Assembly: GCF_000143415.4 (NCBI RefSeq)
Contig: NW_003314267.1
Location: forward strand, 934,055-998,054
Length of the DNA stretch: 64,000 bases
Source of the DNA: Selaginella moellendorffii
Lineage: Eukaryota > Plantae > Lycopodiophyta
Direction of reading: 5' to 3'
A model generated the notes under the pieces. That model made no database searches and was not told the DNA's origin. It saw only the letters and a program-made list of their open reading frames with translations. The position numbers were made by a program, and so were the translations under genes. Every line of letters begins with the position of its first letter. Within the stretch, counting starts at the first letter, position 1. This document shows positions 1-13,929 of this stretch, piece by piece.

Positions 1-1300
1 AAAAAAGAGGCCCCAAGACCCCCCCACGACGGCAGTCAGCGCCTACTTAGGTATTTCTAGGACAGCACTGGGTTCGCTCAATCCCTATGCTCATGAACAT
101 ACTCTAAATTAAATATGATTATATTATAGAAAGAAACAAGTACATCACAAAAGAACTACTATGAAGGATATTTTCAAGCAGAACATTAATGATTACTCTA
201 TTAATAGCTTTAATGTTTGTAAAGAAGGAGTATGAGATAACTTGCTACCAATTTCGATATGTAAAATAATATGCTCTTAATTAATCTTTAGCTTTCTATC
301 TTCCTTCCTAATAATGACATTTGTACAATTCATAACTTTGAATGAAAGATAGTTAAAAATCCCTTGAACTATCAAAAGAATATTTAATCCATTCACATTA
401 AACATGAGTGTTATGTCTATATATTATAACCACCTTTTAGATCACTGAACTCTTTTCCACGGGGAAATCAAATCTATTTACCACCTTAGAACTCAACAAA
501 TCATGTGTAGGCACTTAGATGAAAAAGAATGTTAAATTCACTACACTAAATATCCCTCTTCACTTTCAAAAGTTGATGAACTTAGGAATTAAGTTTTTGA
601 CCATATTCACCTCACTATTTCATAATCACTTCACAAGGGGACAATTCTTTCCATGATGACTATGCTTGTAACAACCTTTTAATGTGCCATCTGTTGTAAG
701 GCTTGGTCCATCCATGTTGATCACCGAGAAATTGGATGCAGTCGGCCCTCCGGTAGGAAAGCTGTGAAGGTAGCGGCGAGTTTCTTGATCGCTCGTCCCT
801 TGCTCTGGGCGTTTCTGCCTCCGATGGCTGTGCTTTTCGCTGTGGTCGTGGCGTGCTCTGCTGCCATGGATGATTCGTTTATGTTCCAGAAGCGCCAATT
901 GCTGGTGAAAGTCTTTGTGATGTCTAGATACTGCGGTGCATAAGTGTACATGCCCATGGTGGTCTAGCTCTTTGTCGACGGGAACTTCAACTGTTACCAC
1001 CACGGACCTGGTTTGTGAAGATGATTCGTCCTAAGTTGCAGAGCTTTGTTGTTTCGACATCCAGATTGCTCTCATTTGCCAGGAACTCACCATTTAGAGC
1101 TGTATTGCAGGGGGATTGTGGATGTGGAACTTGTTTCTCGTGGTCTCACTTCCTCTCGATTGAATCGTCTGGAAATGTGCTAGCAATACTCTCTATAAAT
1201 CCCGTGTAGTGACGTGTGGCCACCTGGCAATGGAAGATACTTTGAATATGCTTTCTTATTTTGCTGCCTCAATGCCGCGTCTGCTGGCTAGGTTTTGGCG

Positions 1301-4300
1301 ATGGCGCGTTCTTCGACCGATCGGAGGGCGGGAGCGCTGGGAGATTTCGATGCGCTCCCGGATGAGCTGCTGTGCTCGGTGCTTGGATTGCTGGAGCCGC
1401 GCGACATTGGCGCCATGGCGTGTGTTAGCAGGTATGAAGTGACTGAGCTCTAGGCCCTAGCTCTAGCTTGATCTGTCCCGGTGTTTCAGCGTGTTCTATG
1501 TACTGTGCAACGAGGAGCCGCTGTGGATGCGGATTTGCCTGTCGAACCGAGAGCGCGTCGATTCTCTCGTTTACAAGGGCTCTTGGAAGAGGACCGCTAT
1601 GAAAAACAAGTATGTTTGCATACACTTTTTTCTCCGTTTTGTGTTCGCTAAAGTGCTTGGTTTTCTCATAGAACTGGAAAACTCAATGACAAAATCGAGC
1701 AGCTACAATTCAATGGTGGGGTTTTCTTCCATGTCTTCAAAGCTTGCTAAAGCTTGTTCTTTCCTTTGTCCACAGGTTTCACCTCCTTATACCTTTATCG
1801 AAGGTGGTATCGGTGCCATATGTCGCTCGAGAATTTCTTCTACGACGCTGGAGCTATTGAAAGACGGAAGGACTCTCCTATGATGTCTTTGTACAAAACT
1901 ACGATGTTCAGAAACCTGTACGTTTCGGTGAGTGCTCCTGCCAACAGAAATTCTCACATATTTTCTTTTATGCACCAGGTTCTCTTGACTGATCTGGCTG
2001 AGGACTGGCCTGCGAGACGAACTTGGACGATAGGCCAACTCGTCCATCGCTACGGTGACTCCGAGTTCAAAGTTTCTCAATCATACGGGCAAAGGATACG
2101 CATGACGCTGAAAGATTATGCTGAGTATATGAGGTCCCAACATGATGAAGATCCGCTGTATATATTTGACTCTTCTGTAAGTCCTTGTATTCGAGTGGCA
2201 GTTCAGATATTTACTGCTGCTCGCTGTGCAGTTCGGTGAATCTACTCCGGGTCTCCTAGAAGATTATACAGTACCATATTTGTTCAGGGAAGATTTATTC
2301 TCCGTTCTAAGTCCATCGCAGCGTCCACCATACAGGTGGCTTGTTATTGGTCCTTCTAGATCGGGTGCTAATTGGCACGTCGACCCTGCTCTTACAAGCG
2401 CCTGGAACGCACTTTTATCTGGGAGAAAGAGGTACAAATCACCGTTGTGTATGAAGATGATCCATGAACTGCAATTGATTGAACAGATGGGCATTTTATC
2501 CTCCTGGGAGAGTACCGCCTGGTGTGTTCGTTGATGTGAACGAAGACGACGGAGAAATTCATTATGATGGTCCAACATCTCTTCAGGTACATGGAACTTG
2601 TTACGGATTGTGTTTACAGCGTTTTCTGCAGTGGTGGATGGATGTTTATCCTTCTCTGGATAACGACAGTAAGCCTTTGGAGTGCACACAACTTCCCGGG
2701 GAGACGATCTTTGTTCCCAGTGGCTGGTGGCATTGCGTGCTGAATATCGACGAGACAGTTGCCGTCACGCAAAACTTTGTGAACAGCAGGAACATGGAGC
2801 TTGTATGCATCGACATGGCGCCGGGGTTTCATCACAGAGGTGTTGCTCGTGCTGGTCTTTTGGCATTGGACGAGGATGAGTTTGAAGGCGAGCATGATTT
2901 TACAAATCCAGAGTTTCTCAAGAAACACATAGGCCCGCACCCTGATCACTTTTTATCCGAAACCAGCGCCGATGGAATGCTGAACAAAAGAGATTTCCGT
3001 GACTGGCTTCGAAAACTTCAAGTTGAGAGGCCTGATTTAAGACATCAAATTTGGAAGGTAAGTCTTTCAATCGTGTTTCAGTCAGTATAAAACTCTAGCT
3101 GTATTGTTCGTCCTTGTGAAACAGTGTGCTTGTCTAGCTATCGATGCGGGTACATGGCAAAGAAGATTAAGCAGCATCTGCAATGCGCACGACTTCTATT
3201 TCAAGGAAGATCAGCACATTCCTGTTGGTCATGGCAGTAGCCCGGTAAGCTGCCCATCTTCGTTATTGCCAAAGCTGATTAACTTTGCAGGTTTACCTGC
3301 TTGATGAGTATGCAATCAAGATTTATATACACGAGGACGGAATTGTCACTGCCTTGCAAGAGATTGACCACGAGGTACTTGGTTTTATCGTATTTCGGTT
3401 TTTTTTTTTACTGTTTTCTACATGTAGCTCCAATTTTATGCTTTACTTCGAGAAAGCGCATCGCCCTTGGCTGAACATGTTCCGGCTGTTATTGCCAAAG
3501 GCATTGTTTACGAAGAAGGTGAACTTTTCAGAGCAGTTCCTTCTGTCGACAGTGGTGAAATACTTTCAACGGGAATGTCTATGGTAAGCTCCAAAGACAG
3601 CCGAGCATTTTGGCCATACATTGTCACAAGGCGGTGCCCGGGACAAAACTTAGCTCATTGGTAAGTCCAGTACTTCGTCGATTCGTTTCCCTGTAAATTG
3701 TTTTTTTTGGCAGTCGAGGCATGATGAAGGACGATGATTACATTGATCTGGCATCTTTTCTTGGCTGTCAATTACGACACCTTCATACACTGTCGCTTCC
3801 GATGAGGGAAGAGCCCGTCCTCGGCATGCCCGACGTACCGCAAGAATGGACACACTTTGTGGCCATGCTTAGGCAGCATCGGCAAACACTTGCGAAACGT
3901 CTCAAGGAGTGGTAAATCTAATGTCACGCCGGTTCTTGTTGTCTTCGCTAACTTCAACGCCATCTTCCAGGGGCTCGGTGCCGCGGCATTTGCTAGAAAA
4001 GGTCGAGGATTACGTCCCCAAGGATCCTGTCGTGCTTATAGGCGTTGCGAAGGTACCCAGGCTTTCTCGTATTAACTTGTGGGAAACGACAGCCTCATCT
4101 AAGTTGATGCTTCTCCGTCACCGCGCAGGTTGAGAATGGCGCCGCTGTGCCGTCGCGCAGCGCGGCTTGGCTTCACATGGACATTATGGAAGACAACATC
4201 CAGATGGTCCCTCACGCCAGTTTGGACGGCTTCCAAAACGATAGACGAGCGATGCAGGCGAGATACATCTTCGACTTCGGCGACCTCCGACGCGGTAAGG

Positions 4301-4707
4301 ATCTTCCCACTTTCGCTTGTCGCCCGTTTCTGACGATGCCAGCCTCGGCAACTTCGCAAAAACAGGAGATCCCCTCTACGAGCTGGTCCCGCTGTTCACG
4401 GACGTCCTGGAGGCCAATGTGGAGCTCCTGGAGCACTTTCTCGAGTCCTACAAGCTCGACCTCGCGGTGGAGGGCGTGCGAACTTCGTATCGAGCAATGT
4501 GAGTCGCCATTAACTCTCTGCTGGAAAAGCGCTTTGATTCCAGACTGACGCGATCGATGCTGGTTCTTTATTCTTGCTACCAGGTGCTATTGTTTACTGT
4601 ACAAATACGACGCAATGGAGGCCATATTCCGTGGCAGCAAAGAGCTGCGCATGGTGGAATCATGGCATGAGCTGGAGCTCATTCTCTGGGGCATGCTCAA
4701 CGAATAG
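1301..4707 (+). CDS. JMJ21: F-box + JmjC (JMJD6-type) protein with C-terminal phosphotransferase-like region, multi-exon
   Basis: ATG 1301 gives an F-box (LGDFDALPDELLCSVLGLL). JmjC motifs in successive exons: EDPLYIFD, YRWLVIGPSRSGANWHVDPALTSAWN, QLPGETIFVPSGWWHCVLN. C-terminal WLHMDIMEDNI and IFDFGDL. TAG 4705-4707. Many short GT-AG introns. Apparent 1-nt frameshift near 1873 (see findings). Confidence 0.9.
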
Positions 4708-4910
4708 ACAAAGGCCGTGCTCGTGGGGACCATGGAAGTCGTGTGTGTGTGGGGTGACGTCAGCGGCAGACGTGGAGTGACGCGTGGCGGGGTTGGGGTT
4801 TAAGCACCAGACAATCACAAGACAACGCAGCTTTTAACAAGAGAAAACGAGACCCCGTTCCATCCAATCCACCATCGAGGAAGAGGGAGGAAAGCCATCT
4901 CCGGCATGGA

Positions 4911-4913
<3 letters not shown>

Positions 4914-4942
<29 letters not shown>
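4914..4942. repeat. (TA)n microsatellite
   Basis: Directly visible run. Confidence 0.95.
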
Positions 4943-4947
<5 letters not shown>

Positions 4948-7072
4948 AGATATCAAAGATGGAGCTATCAATCACCAGTGGCACCACCGAACAATGACAC
5001 ACGAAGAGAGGAAGAAGAAAAATAAACATTGATATCAAGAGCAAAGATTGCACAGCTCTTTGAAGTGGACACGGGCCAATCCAAGCAATTTGCTGACCTC
5101 TCTAGAACTGTGGAGGTGGTGGAGGTGGTGGAGGTGGTGGTGGTGGTGGTGCTGGGCTCCAAAGTCCAGACTCTCCAGACTCTCCAGAGAGGGAGGGAGA
5201 GAGAGAGATAGAGGAGGTCCCATCTCTGCAAGCGAAAAATCTTCACGAATCTTGCTCTTGTTGTTGGTGTTGTTGCTATTGCTGCTGCTGCTGCTGCTAC
5301 GGGTGATGATGGTGGTGATTGATGATTTAATTGTTGTTGTGGCTGGTGGCCATTTGTTTGAGCGCGGTAAACTTTCAACGATTTGCCACCGCGAGGACAA
5401 AATATGATACTTGTCTTCTGCTAAGCTAGCAGCTGAATCCTCAATCACAGTACCGCAAGATCTCACAACAGCAAAGTAAAAATAGAACACATACTGTATA
5501 ATTTGGAATAAAGTGGTGTTGTGATAGAAGATTGTGTGTGTGTGTGTGTGTTTTCTTGTGCTGGCCTGGAATTTTCTTGTGCATGGAGACTTGTGAATGG
5601 CTAGAATCTCTTGCAACCACCGACACCGACCTTATTTTAGTTTTTCCCATTTTTTTTCCCCTTCCGCCACTCCAGAGCATTTCCACTCATTTATACACGC
5701 ACACATGACTTGCTGTTGGACGCACAGCCAGCCATTCACGAACGCGATCTACAGGGGGGCGAGAAAAGAAAAGCTCGCCCAATCGCAATAGTTTTACCGA
5801 GAAAATCTGGAGAGCTTGATCCATCATACTTTCGTCACCCTGTGTATGGCATATGGAACACCTGTGAGATCGGCGATCAAATTGAGAAGATTTTAAGGAG
5901 AGAGAGAGAGAGAGAGGATTAAATAAGTGTGTGCCTGGAGAGAGGAGCCAGGAGGAGAGATTATTTTATATGCCCAAGCTCTTCCACACAACACTCCGCC
6001 GCGGACCAAAGGCCCATCCCCTCGCTGGGAATCATGAGGCCGAGTCTCTTTGGACAGAAACCAATAAAGAAAACAACTCTTCCCGCCCCAATGACAGGCG
6101 GAGTTGTAAAAGCGTCCAAAGAAACACATAACGAACAGAGCAGATAGCCAAACTTAACGAAAAAACGGAAAAAAGGAAAAGAAAAGAAAAGAAAAGATAA
6201 CACGAGAGAGAGACACACGGCTGTAATCAAACTCAAAGAACGTTTAAGAAGAGACTCCAGTATATACAATTACAAAATCCAATCCAGTTTAGCAGGAAAA
6301 CCACCCTCTCATTGTTTTGTTCTTGTGTGTGTTTTTTTCTCTCCAGCTTCTCTTCCTGCGCCCCAAGGATGGATGTCTTTGCCAATATACTCGTATGCTT
6401 TTTCCTTCTTTATTACTACTTGGCTGATATAATCAATAAAACTCCCTCTAGAGATGTTACGTATACGTATAAGTATGATGGTGGTGAGCCAAAAAAATTT
6501 GAGGAACACGGGAATAAAGATAACGTAACAAGAGAAGAGAACGAAAAAACGAAGAAAAAGAAAAAAAAAAAAACAAAAACGAAACCAGGAAGAAGACCGA
6601 CGAGCAGCAGTCGCAATCCCAAAAGAAAAGAAGCTTTTTTTTTTCGCTCTCGAGGGGCGGTGGAGGTGGCCGAGTGTTGCTGAGAGAGATGTGAGTAGTG
6701 ACAATGATGCAACGCAAGATCAGGGGGGGGGGAGAGAGGGAAGAGAGTTCACCGACGGTGTACCTTCTGTTCCCCGTTTTCTCGATTTCATTTTTTCTCT
6801 CGAAGTTGATGATCGAAGAGGCGGAGGATCTGCTGCTGCTGCTGCTGCTGTTGCTTTGGATCTCTATACAGAATTGATTGATTGATTTTTGTTGCTTGTT
6901 GTTAGGCTGTGCGCGAGAAGAAGAGAACCTGTGTTGTCTCCAGTGTTGTCAAAAACGAAGAGGGTGAGAGGAGCCAACGAACGGGGGGCGGGGATGGAAG
7001 CAAGAGACAGGAAAGAAAAAGAATTTTAAACCCCCGGGATGGATGATGGCTGGATATATAGCGGCGCAGCTG

Positions 7073-7393
7073 CTAGAGAAGTTGATGATTCCCTGGTGTT
7101 TGATGATGGTGGTGGTGGTGGTGGTGGTGATGATTCGACCCGCCGTAGGCGTGTAGATCCGACGTCCAGCCACCGTTACTCCAGTACCCCGCAGCGTCAC
7201 TCCCGCTCTCGAAGAATGCCTCGGTCGGTGACGGCTGCCACTGATCCGGCGACGAGGAATCGCCCTGTTGGTCGTAGTCACTGGACGAAACATCCCCCGA
7301 GCTCTTGCCTTTGTGGTGGTGGTGGTGGTGCTGCTTCATCTTCTCCACCCCGTGGCTCGCCTCCAAGTCCAGCAGTACGTGATGCCTCCCGCC

Positions 7394-7435
<42 letters not shown>

Positions 7436-8770
7436 TTGATCCTGCTCGCTCCCATCCTCGAGCAAAGACACGAGCTTTGGCTGCTGCGGAAACCTCCACA
7501 TCATCTCGCCGCTACCTCCATTGAGCCCGAAGTTCTCCACCGGCACGTAAGAGCTCAGCGCCTCGTTCATGGCCGCGTGCGTCCCCATTCCCAGCGAGCC
7601 CGGATCGAAGATAGAGTTGATGTCGCCGCCGGCATCGCCGTGAACCGGCTCCTGTTTGATCGGCGCGCCGGGGAGATTCAACCCAAGCATGCTCGGATCA
7701 AACTGCTGTGGATGGCTCCCGAGCTGTCCAGTCGCCCAGTTTATCGAGATGGGAGGCGGGCCGGGATGGCTCCCAGCGGCTCCGGGGAAAATCCTCGCCA
7801 CCCCTCCCTCGACCCTGTCAAACGCCAAGCTTATCCCGTTGCTCGCCTTGGCCACTTGATCGTACAGCCCCGAGCTCGTCGCCACCGGGAATTCCTGCTG
7901 TAGCATACTGCTGCTGCTGGCACCGTCGTTCCCCACCATGGCTCCACCCCCTCCCGGAAGACCGCCGCCGCCGTTGGGCTGGCCGGTCTCGTCCGACGAG
8001 GCCGCTGGAGGACCCGGATGGTCCTGCTGCCGCTGCTTGACGCGCTTGTTCTTCCGGCACCCGCCACCCACGGGGACGTTCCTCAGCGCCCCTCCCTTGG
8101 TCCAGTAGCGCTTGCAGTTCTTGCAGAAATGCCGGGGCTGCGTGAGGCTGTAGTTGTTGTAGTAGCAAAACTTGGTGTTCATCGAGTCGCAGCGGGGGCA
8201 CTTGAGGACTTGATCCGAATGCGGCTTGAGCCGCCGCTCTTGCTGGCCCGGCTGCTGGTGCTGCTGGTGCTGCTGCCCCGGCCTCGACTGGCAGAGCAAC
8301 TGATCCGGAGGAGGGGGCTTCAAGCTGCTGGTGGAGGACGAGACGTCCGTGAGCGATGGCTGCGGGACGACTCCAACGCCAACTCCAACTCCTCCCACCG
8401 TGTGGAGAAGGGGCGCCTGTTGCGATCCATCAAAGCCTGACGAGTCCCCCACCTGATCCCGACCATAATTGCTCAACAGCATGACACCACCACCACCACC
8501 GGACCAAGCTCGTCCAAAATTCCTGCCTTTGATGATGCCTGGTTGTCCGATCAAGAAGCTCTCACACCCTGCGATCACAGGAGAAGAAAAAAGAGAGAGA
8601 CAAAACCATTAGCACAGCGGATGATGATCCAATTTTAAAGATTTTAAAGAAGCCAAGCGAGCCATGGATCTAAAAGCATGCAAAGCTCCCATGCAACCAT
8701 CCTTTGGAGAAAATGCGGCATTTAGAGGAGAGTGTTTTTTACCCTGTGATGGGCGATGATCAAACTGCAT
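7073..8770 (-). CDS. Dof zinc-finger transcription factor (exon 1 8770-8743, exon 2 8568-7073)
   Basis: Canonical Dof domain [50 protein letters not shown]. Short first exon MQFDHRPSQ joins in frame through a phase-1 GT(8742)...AG(8569) intron. Q/G/H-rich low-complexity tail. Confidence 0.95.
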
Positions 8771-8858
8771 GAAGATCACGATCGAGGATGCTCTTCTTCT
8801 CGTTGCCGTGCTCCTGCCCTGTGATCTCCCCCTTGAAAACTATCATTGCCCGAGAGAG

Positions 8859-8890
<32 letters not shown>

Positions 8891-11800
8891 GAAGAAATTA
8901 AACCACCAATTTGCGCCTACCACTCTCCTCCTCTTCGCGAGAATTCCCTGCTGCCTTGGCTGCCCGGACGGATAATCAAATAATTCGCATACGGAATGGC
9001 GTACGGCATTGCGTCTGGGAGCCGGATTTCGCCATTGGAGCGAGCGCTCGATCGATCCCCAATCCCTGCGAGCGCAAATCGTCCCCCACCAACGATGATC
9101 AATGCGTTGACGAGAGGCCTCGCAAATCTGCGGTGCCCGCCCGGCAATGCAACAATCTTTCGCTGCTCTGCCCCGCCTGTGCAATCCCCGCGCCGAGATC
9201 CAAGATGTCTCGATCAAGAACACTGGATGGAGCTGGAGCTCGAGGACGCATCTTCATCGATCACGTCCACTTCATCGCAGAATCATAATATCCGCCACAG
9301 CCGAGCAGCACACGCAAGAGATGTGCCTGCGTGTTCTATCTAAGCCGAGGCTTTTGCTTTCTCCCCTTTCTTTTCCCTCCACACAGAGATTTCCACTCTC
9401 CCTCTCTCCTCACACGAATGCCTGTCGCATCGATCCAAGCCGAGGAGCGCCCTACCTAGCTAAGATCATCCTCGCACGCGCTGAATTGGCCACGGCCGAT
9501 GATCTTGGAAAGATCGACGAGAAGATCACTAAACGGCAATTCCCGACGACTCCTCCAACGATCGAGTGGGAAATCCAAGGGAGCGATGGGAAAAAGATCG
9601 CCACGGAGCTACCGGAGCGCGATATTTCGATCGATAACGATAGAAGAAGAGAGAGAGAGAGCGCAGCCGCCAGGCGCTACTAGGCTTTTCCTCCCTGATC
9701 CTCGATTTTCACAATGCGAGACCTAGCAGCGCCCTGGAGTAGCTCGCGCTCGCCATTTTTCTTCCCCCAAGAACCCTCTCCCACAAATCTCTAGGGTTCT
9801 CCCTGGCACACCAGACAAAGCACCAAGCTCTGGACGGACAATGGGGCAATTTGCCCGATCCCAGCAAATGCCCTAAGGGGATTAAAAAAAACCCGATCAC
9901 GCCAGTGCCAGGTGTGAACACGTCCACGATAGTGTCTGGGCCGGACGCCAATGAAAGACGCCTGCTGCTGGTCTGAAGAGGGAGAGCGCGGAAGAGAACC
10001 ATGCCGATGCCGTGGAGCAAACGGGAGCGTTGGATCTCGACGCGGGAGATTGCACGAGAACGAATGGACAAGGGAGAGGGCAGGCGTGGGCTGATGCCGG
10101 TCGTTGGATGCGACACATCGGGGCCGTCGGGTGTGGAGGATATTTGGGCCTGGGACACGCGTCAGCCGGTGAGAGGCAGCGTGCGAGAGGGCCCGGTTCC
10201 CCAGGCCCCGACACCGCATTATCTCGCGACGCACACATACACACACAAATATCGTACGGTAAATTTTGGCAACAAAAGAAAAATGGTTTATAAAGTATAA
10301 AAATGCGAAACAGAAATTCAGAAATGCATGTGTCTGGAAATAAATAAAGGTTTTTTAAGCTGGCGGGAAATTGTTTTTCTACAATGGAATGTTGTGTTGG
10401 AGCGGGCGATGGTGGGGTGTGGGCCGCCACCGCGAGCGTACACGCGTCATGCAGGCCACTCCCGGCCGTACAGTTATCCCCCGCATATTATTTTAGGGTT
10501 CTTCCGTGGCTCCGGAGAATGCAGGTGAAGGCTTTGAATTTTGGTCTACTTCCCATCTTCACATTGACTTCCAGGTCGTGAAATAGATTTTCTTCCAGCT
10601 GAATCTCAAAGGACGGTTGCCTGTAACCCCAAGGCAATAAGAAACAAAAGACCAGAGAATTCATCCTTGAAGAGCCTCGTCTCGGGTGAAGGCTAAGTAA
10701 AAGCAAGCTTTGACAATAAAGAGTCTATTTCACTAGATTCAACGTGCACGCGTTAAAATGTTTTGTAGCTCAGCTGGCCAGGTGAGTTGGATTGCTCCAA
10801 GATACCAGTCGTGTTTTACGGGTCTCAAGGTTGTGACATCAGGTGGAAAAACCACATTTTTTTCAAGGAACGCAAAGCTTTCCTTGAAAGATAGGCAAGT
10901 TTGTGCCTTTACAAATTACAAAAGAAAAGGAAAGAAAAACTATTAGGAGAGTCTGCTACTTCCTTTTGAGAGGTTTTCTCCATTTGGATGGCTTATATTG
11001 TAATAATTTGTCTGATTTTGATAGTATTGTTTGAATTTTGGCTATCACCGCCAAGCTTTTTTACAAAGGATTACTCTGACTTGGCAGTTCTTGCCGAGTA
11101 TACGATCCTCTAACAATAGTAGCAGCAGCACAAGGGGCACCTAGGGCCTGCAGCATAGTTGTGCAATATAGTAGCTTATAGCACACAACGTTCTTCGCAA
11201 ATGCTTTGCTAGGATCCACGATCATTGCAGGGCATGTCGGGGTGTGCAGGAGGTTGCCGCGCTGCCATTATAAACATTTTCTGTTGATTTTGGTCTATGG
11301 CTCCACTGCCGATCCAAGCAGAATGATCTGCGGATTCTTCCTGGAGTCGTGGTGACTGTCAAACTAGCCTTCTTTCTGTTGTGCACACAAAACAAAAGAA
11401 TGAAATATTGTTTAAGATGTTCTAATATTGTAATTTTGATTATTTATAGCGTCAATTAAAAATAAAATTTCAACCATTATATATTTTGCTATAGCTATAT
11501 GATAATAACATTACTTGTATTAAATTTTAGTTATATTACATATTACCCTACTATAATTTTTAAAGGTAATAATAAGAAAATAATCTTTACACTTTTAAAA
11601 AAGTAAAAAAATGTTATTTAGTTAGTTTCTTGAAACTATGAATTGTTTTTTGATAAACACATTTTCTATTGGCCCAATCATATTGATTTCTTTATGTTTT
11701 CACTAACAAATTGCATCCTCAATTATAAAAAACTTGAAGCTATGTATCAAAATATATTAAAATATGATAATAAATAAACATTAATTTAATTATAGAAAAA

Positions 11801-12956
11801 TTATTTTAATTTATAAAAATATATAAATTAATATATTATTAATTAAATATAGTCTTTAATATTAAAATAATTAAATAGTCTTCCCAATGTCAATAAAATG
11901 AATATTTTAGAACTCTAAGGTAAAAGTTAAATTCTATAAATAAAACTTTATTATAGTGATTATATTTATAAAATTTATCCTCACTATATTATAGATTCTC
12001 TCTTTGAATCATTAAGCAATAGTTGCAATCTGGAGTAAATAATTGTATAACAATCAAACTTGGTGTGGTGAGTTTCATTATCAGCTTGAACTAAATATCC
12101 ATCTCTTTTAAGAATAAATTATTATTTTTATATATAATAATTTATTATAAAATATTACAAATAAAATTATATTGTGAAAAATCTGTGATAATATATTAGA
12201 TGGATTAGATGGCAGATTAAAGGATTAACTAAAAAGCAGTTCACCAAACACTTGAGGCGCTTATTTCTTTTTTAGATCTAAATCTATATTAACTTTTAGG
12301 CAAATTTAGATTTCTAACTATCAATTTGATTAAATTTATTCTTTCTTTTGATCTTCATTGCAATCTTATCTTCTGCTATGCCATGCTATCATCAATTAAG
12401 GAATATATCATTTAAGCTTGTTAATACTACTCTATTGGATTGAGATTTTGATGTTGTGGGGTGCAATTATATTAGACTTACACCTATTTAATGTGGTGTT
12501 GCCTCCAGCTTTCATTATACAACTTATCATAATCTTGGTGTTCTACCATTTTCCATTGATGTGGGGTGGTTGTGATATTAATTGACAAGTTATAGATGAT
12601 GTAGTCTAGTTTTTGGAGAATGTTTAAAGATCAAGTTTATATGATAATGATGTTTACATGCCCAAATAGTTTTTGGATGAGGAACTTGATTATTATGCAA
12701 ATAATTTTGGAGAAGAGTTAAAAATTTCATAGAATAGGCCCTTGTCCACATAAAAGTCTCTTAGAAGTGCTTGTCCACCACGTTGTCAGGAAGGTTTGCA
12801 ACTCTTTCAACTCCAAGCTATTCCTTAGGTTTCCTATCGTGAACACCACTAGATTGCCCAATTTCAGGGATTTGTGTTGGTGATGGTGGCAGTGGTGGCG
12901 GGGGCAAAGGCAATAGTGGCACTGGTGGTGGCAATGGTGGTGGTGGCGGTGGCGAT

Positions 12957-13056
12957 NNNNNNNNNNNNNNNNNNNNNNNNNNNNNNNNNNNNNNNNNNNN
13001 NNNNNNNNNNNNNNNNNNNNNNNNNNNNNNNNNNNNNNNNNNNNNNNNNNNNNNNN
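12957..13056. other. Assembly gap (100 N)
   Basis: Run of Ns, preceded by a GGT/GGC-rich tract. Confidence 1.
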
Positions 13057-13186
13057 CAAACACTAGAGTAAAGCACTACAAAAAACTTTGCCCACCAAAA
13101 ACAAATTGCAATATCCACCAATGTGAGTATCAAGATATAGGAATAGATATATCAATTATGATTTAAACTCTTATTTATATACAAAA

Positions 13187-13188
<2 letters not shown>

Positions 13189-13283
<95 letters not shown>

Positions 13284-13340
13284 TGTATGTATGTGTATAT
13301 GTATATGTGTGTATATATGTATAGATATGTATGTATGTAT
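13189..13340. repeat. (TA)n/(TATG)n microsatellite
   Basis: Directly visible. Confidence 0.95.
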
Positions 13341-13929
13341 TACCCTATTTAAGTAATATGCTAATTATAATACTACAGCATATGGACTATTCATTTGGGA
13401 ATAAATATGGTCTATCCATTCTTGTATATAAGCAAAGGTCTAAACCCCAAATGATATATTTATTCCTATATCTTGAGCATTTATATCTTATAAATATTTT
13501 TTTAAATAATTTAATTATATTTTAAGTTAATTTAAACTTAAATATATGGTATAAACTCATAGTTTAAAGATAGTTTTATGATTTTAATGTTTTTTAAAAA
13601 TTATCCAAAAAATTAATGATAGTGACAAAAGAAAATATTTAAATGCATCTATGAGTGTATGGCATTTGCACCTCACACATCTAATTAAAATCTATATACT
13701 ATCTTGAGCACTATAAAAGTTTATACTTGATAGGTGTAAAATAAGTAGTATAAGGTGAATCTTTTTCTTACTCTAAATTAAATTAATGTATTATTTTTAT
13801 TATTTAATTAGTTTTAGAATTTTAAGCATAAGTGAGTGTGTTTAATAAGTACAGAAATTCTTATATCAAGTAATCATGCATTTAAAACTATGAAAATTAA
13901 AAAATAAAATAAATTTTAGTAATTCACAT

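Noticed and set aside
626-1209. Short ORFs and a hydrophobic plus-strand stretch upstream of the JmjC gene
   Set aside because: No recognisable domain, internal stops and no consistent exon structure.
8843-10430. Many overlapping 100-180 aa ORFs upstream of Dof
   Set aside because: Expected in GC-rich promoter/leader DNA; no known conserved-uORF or domain signature.
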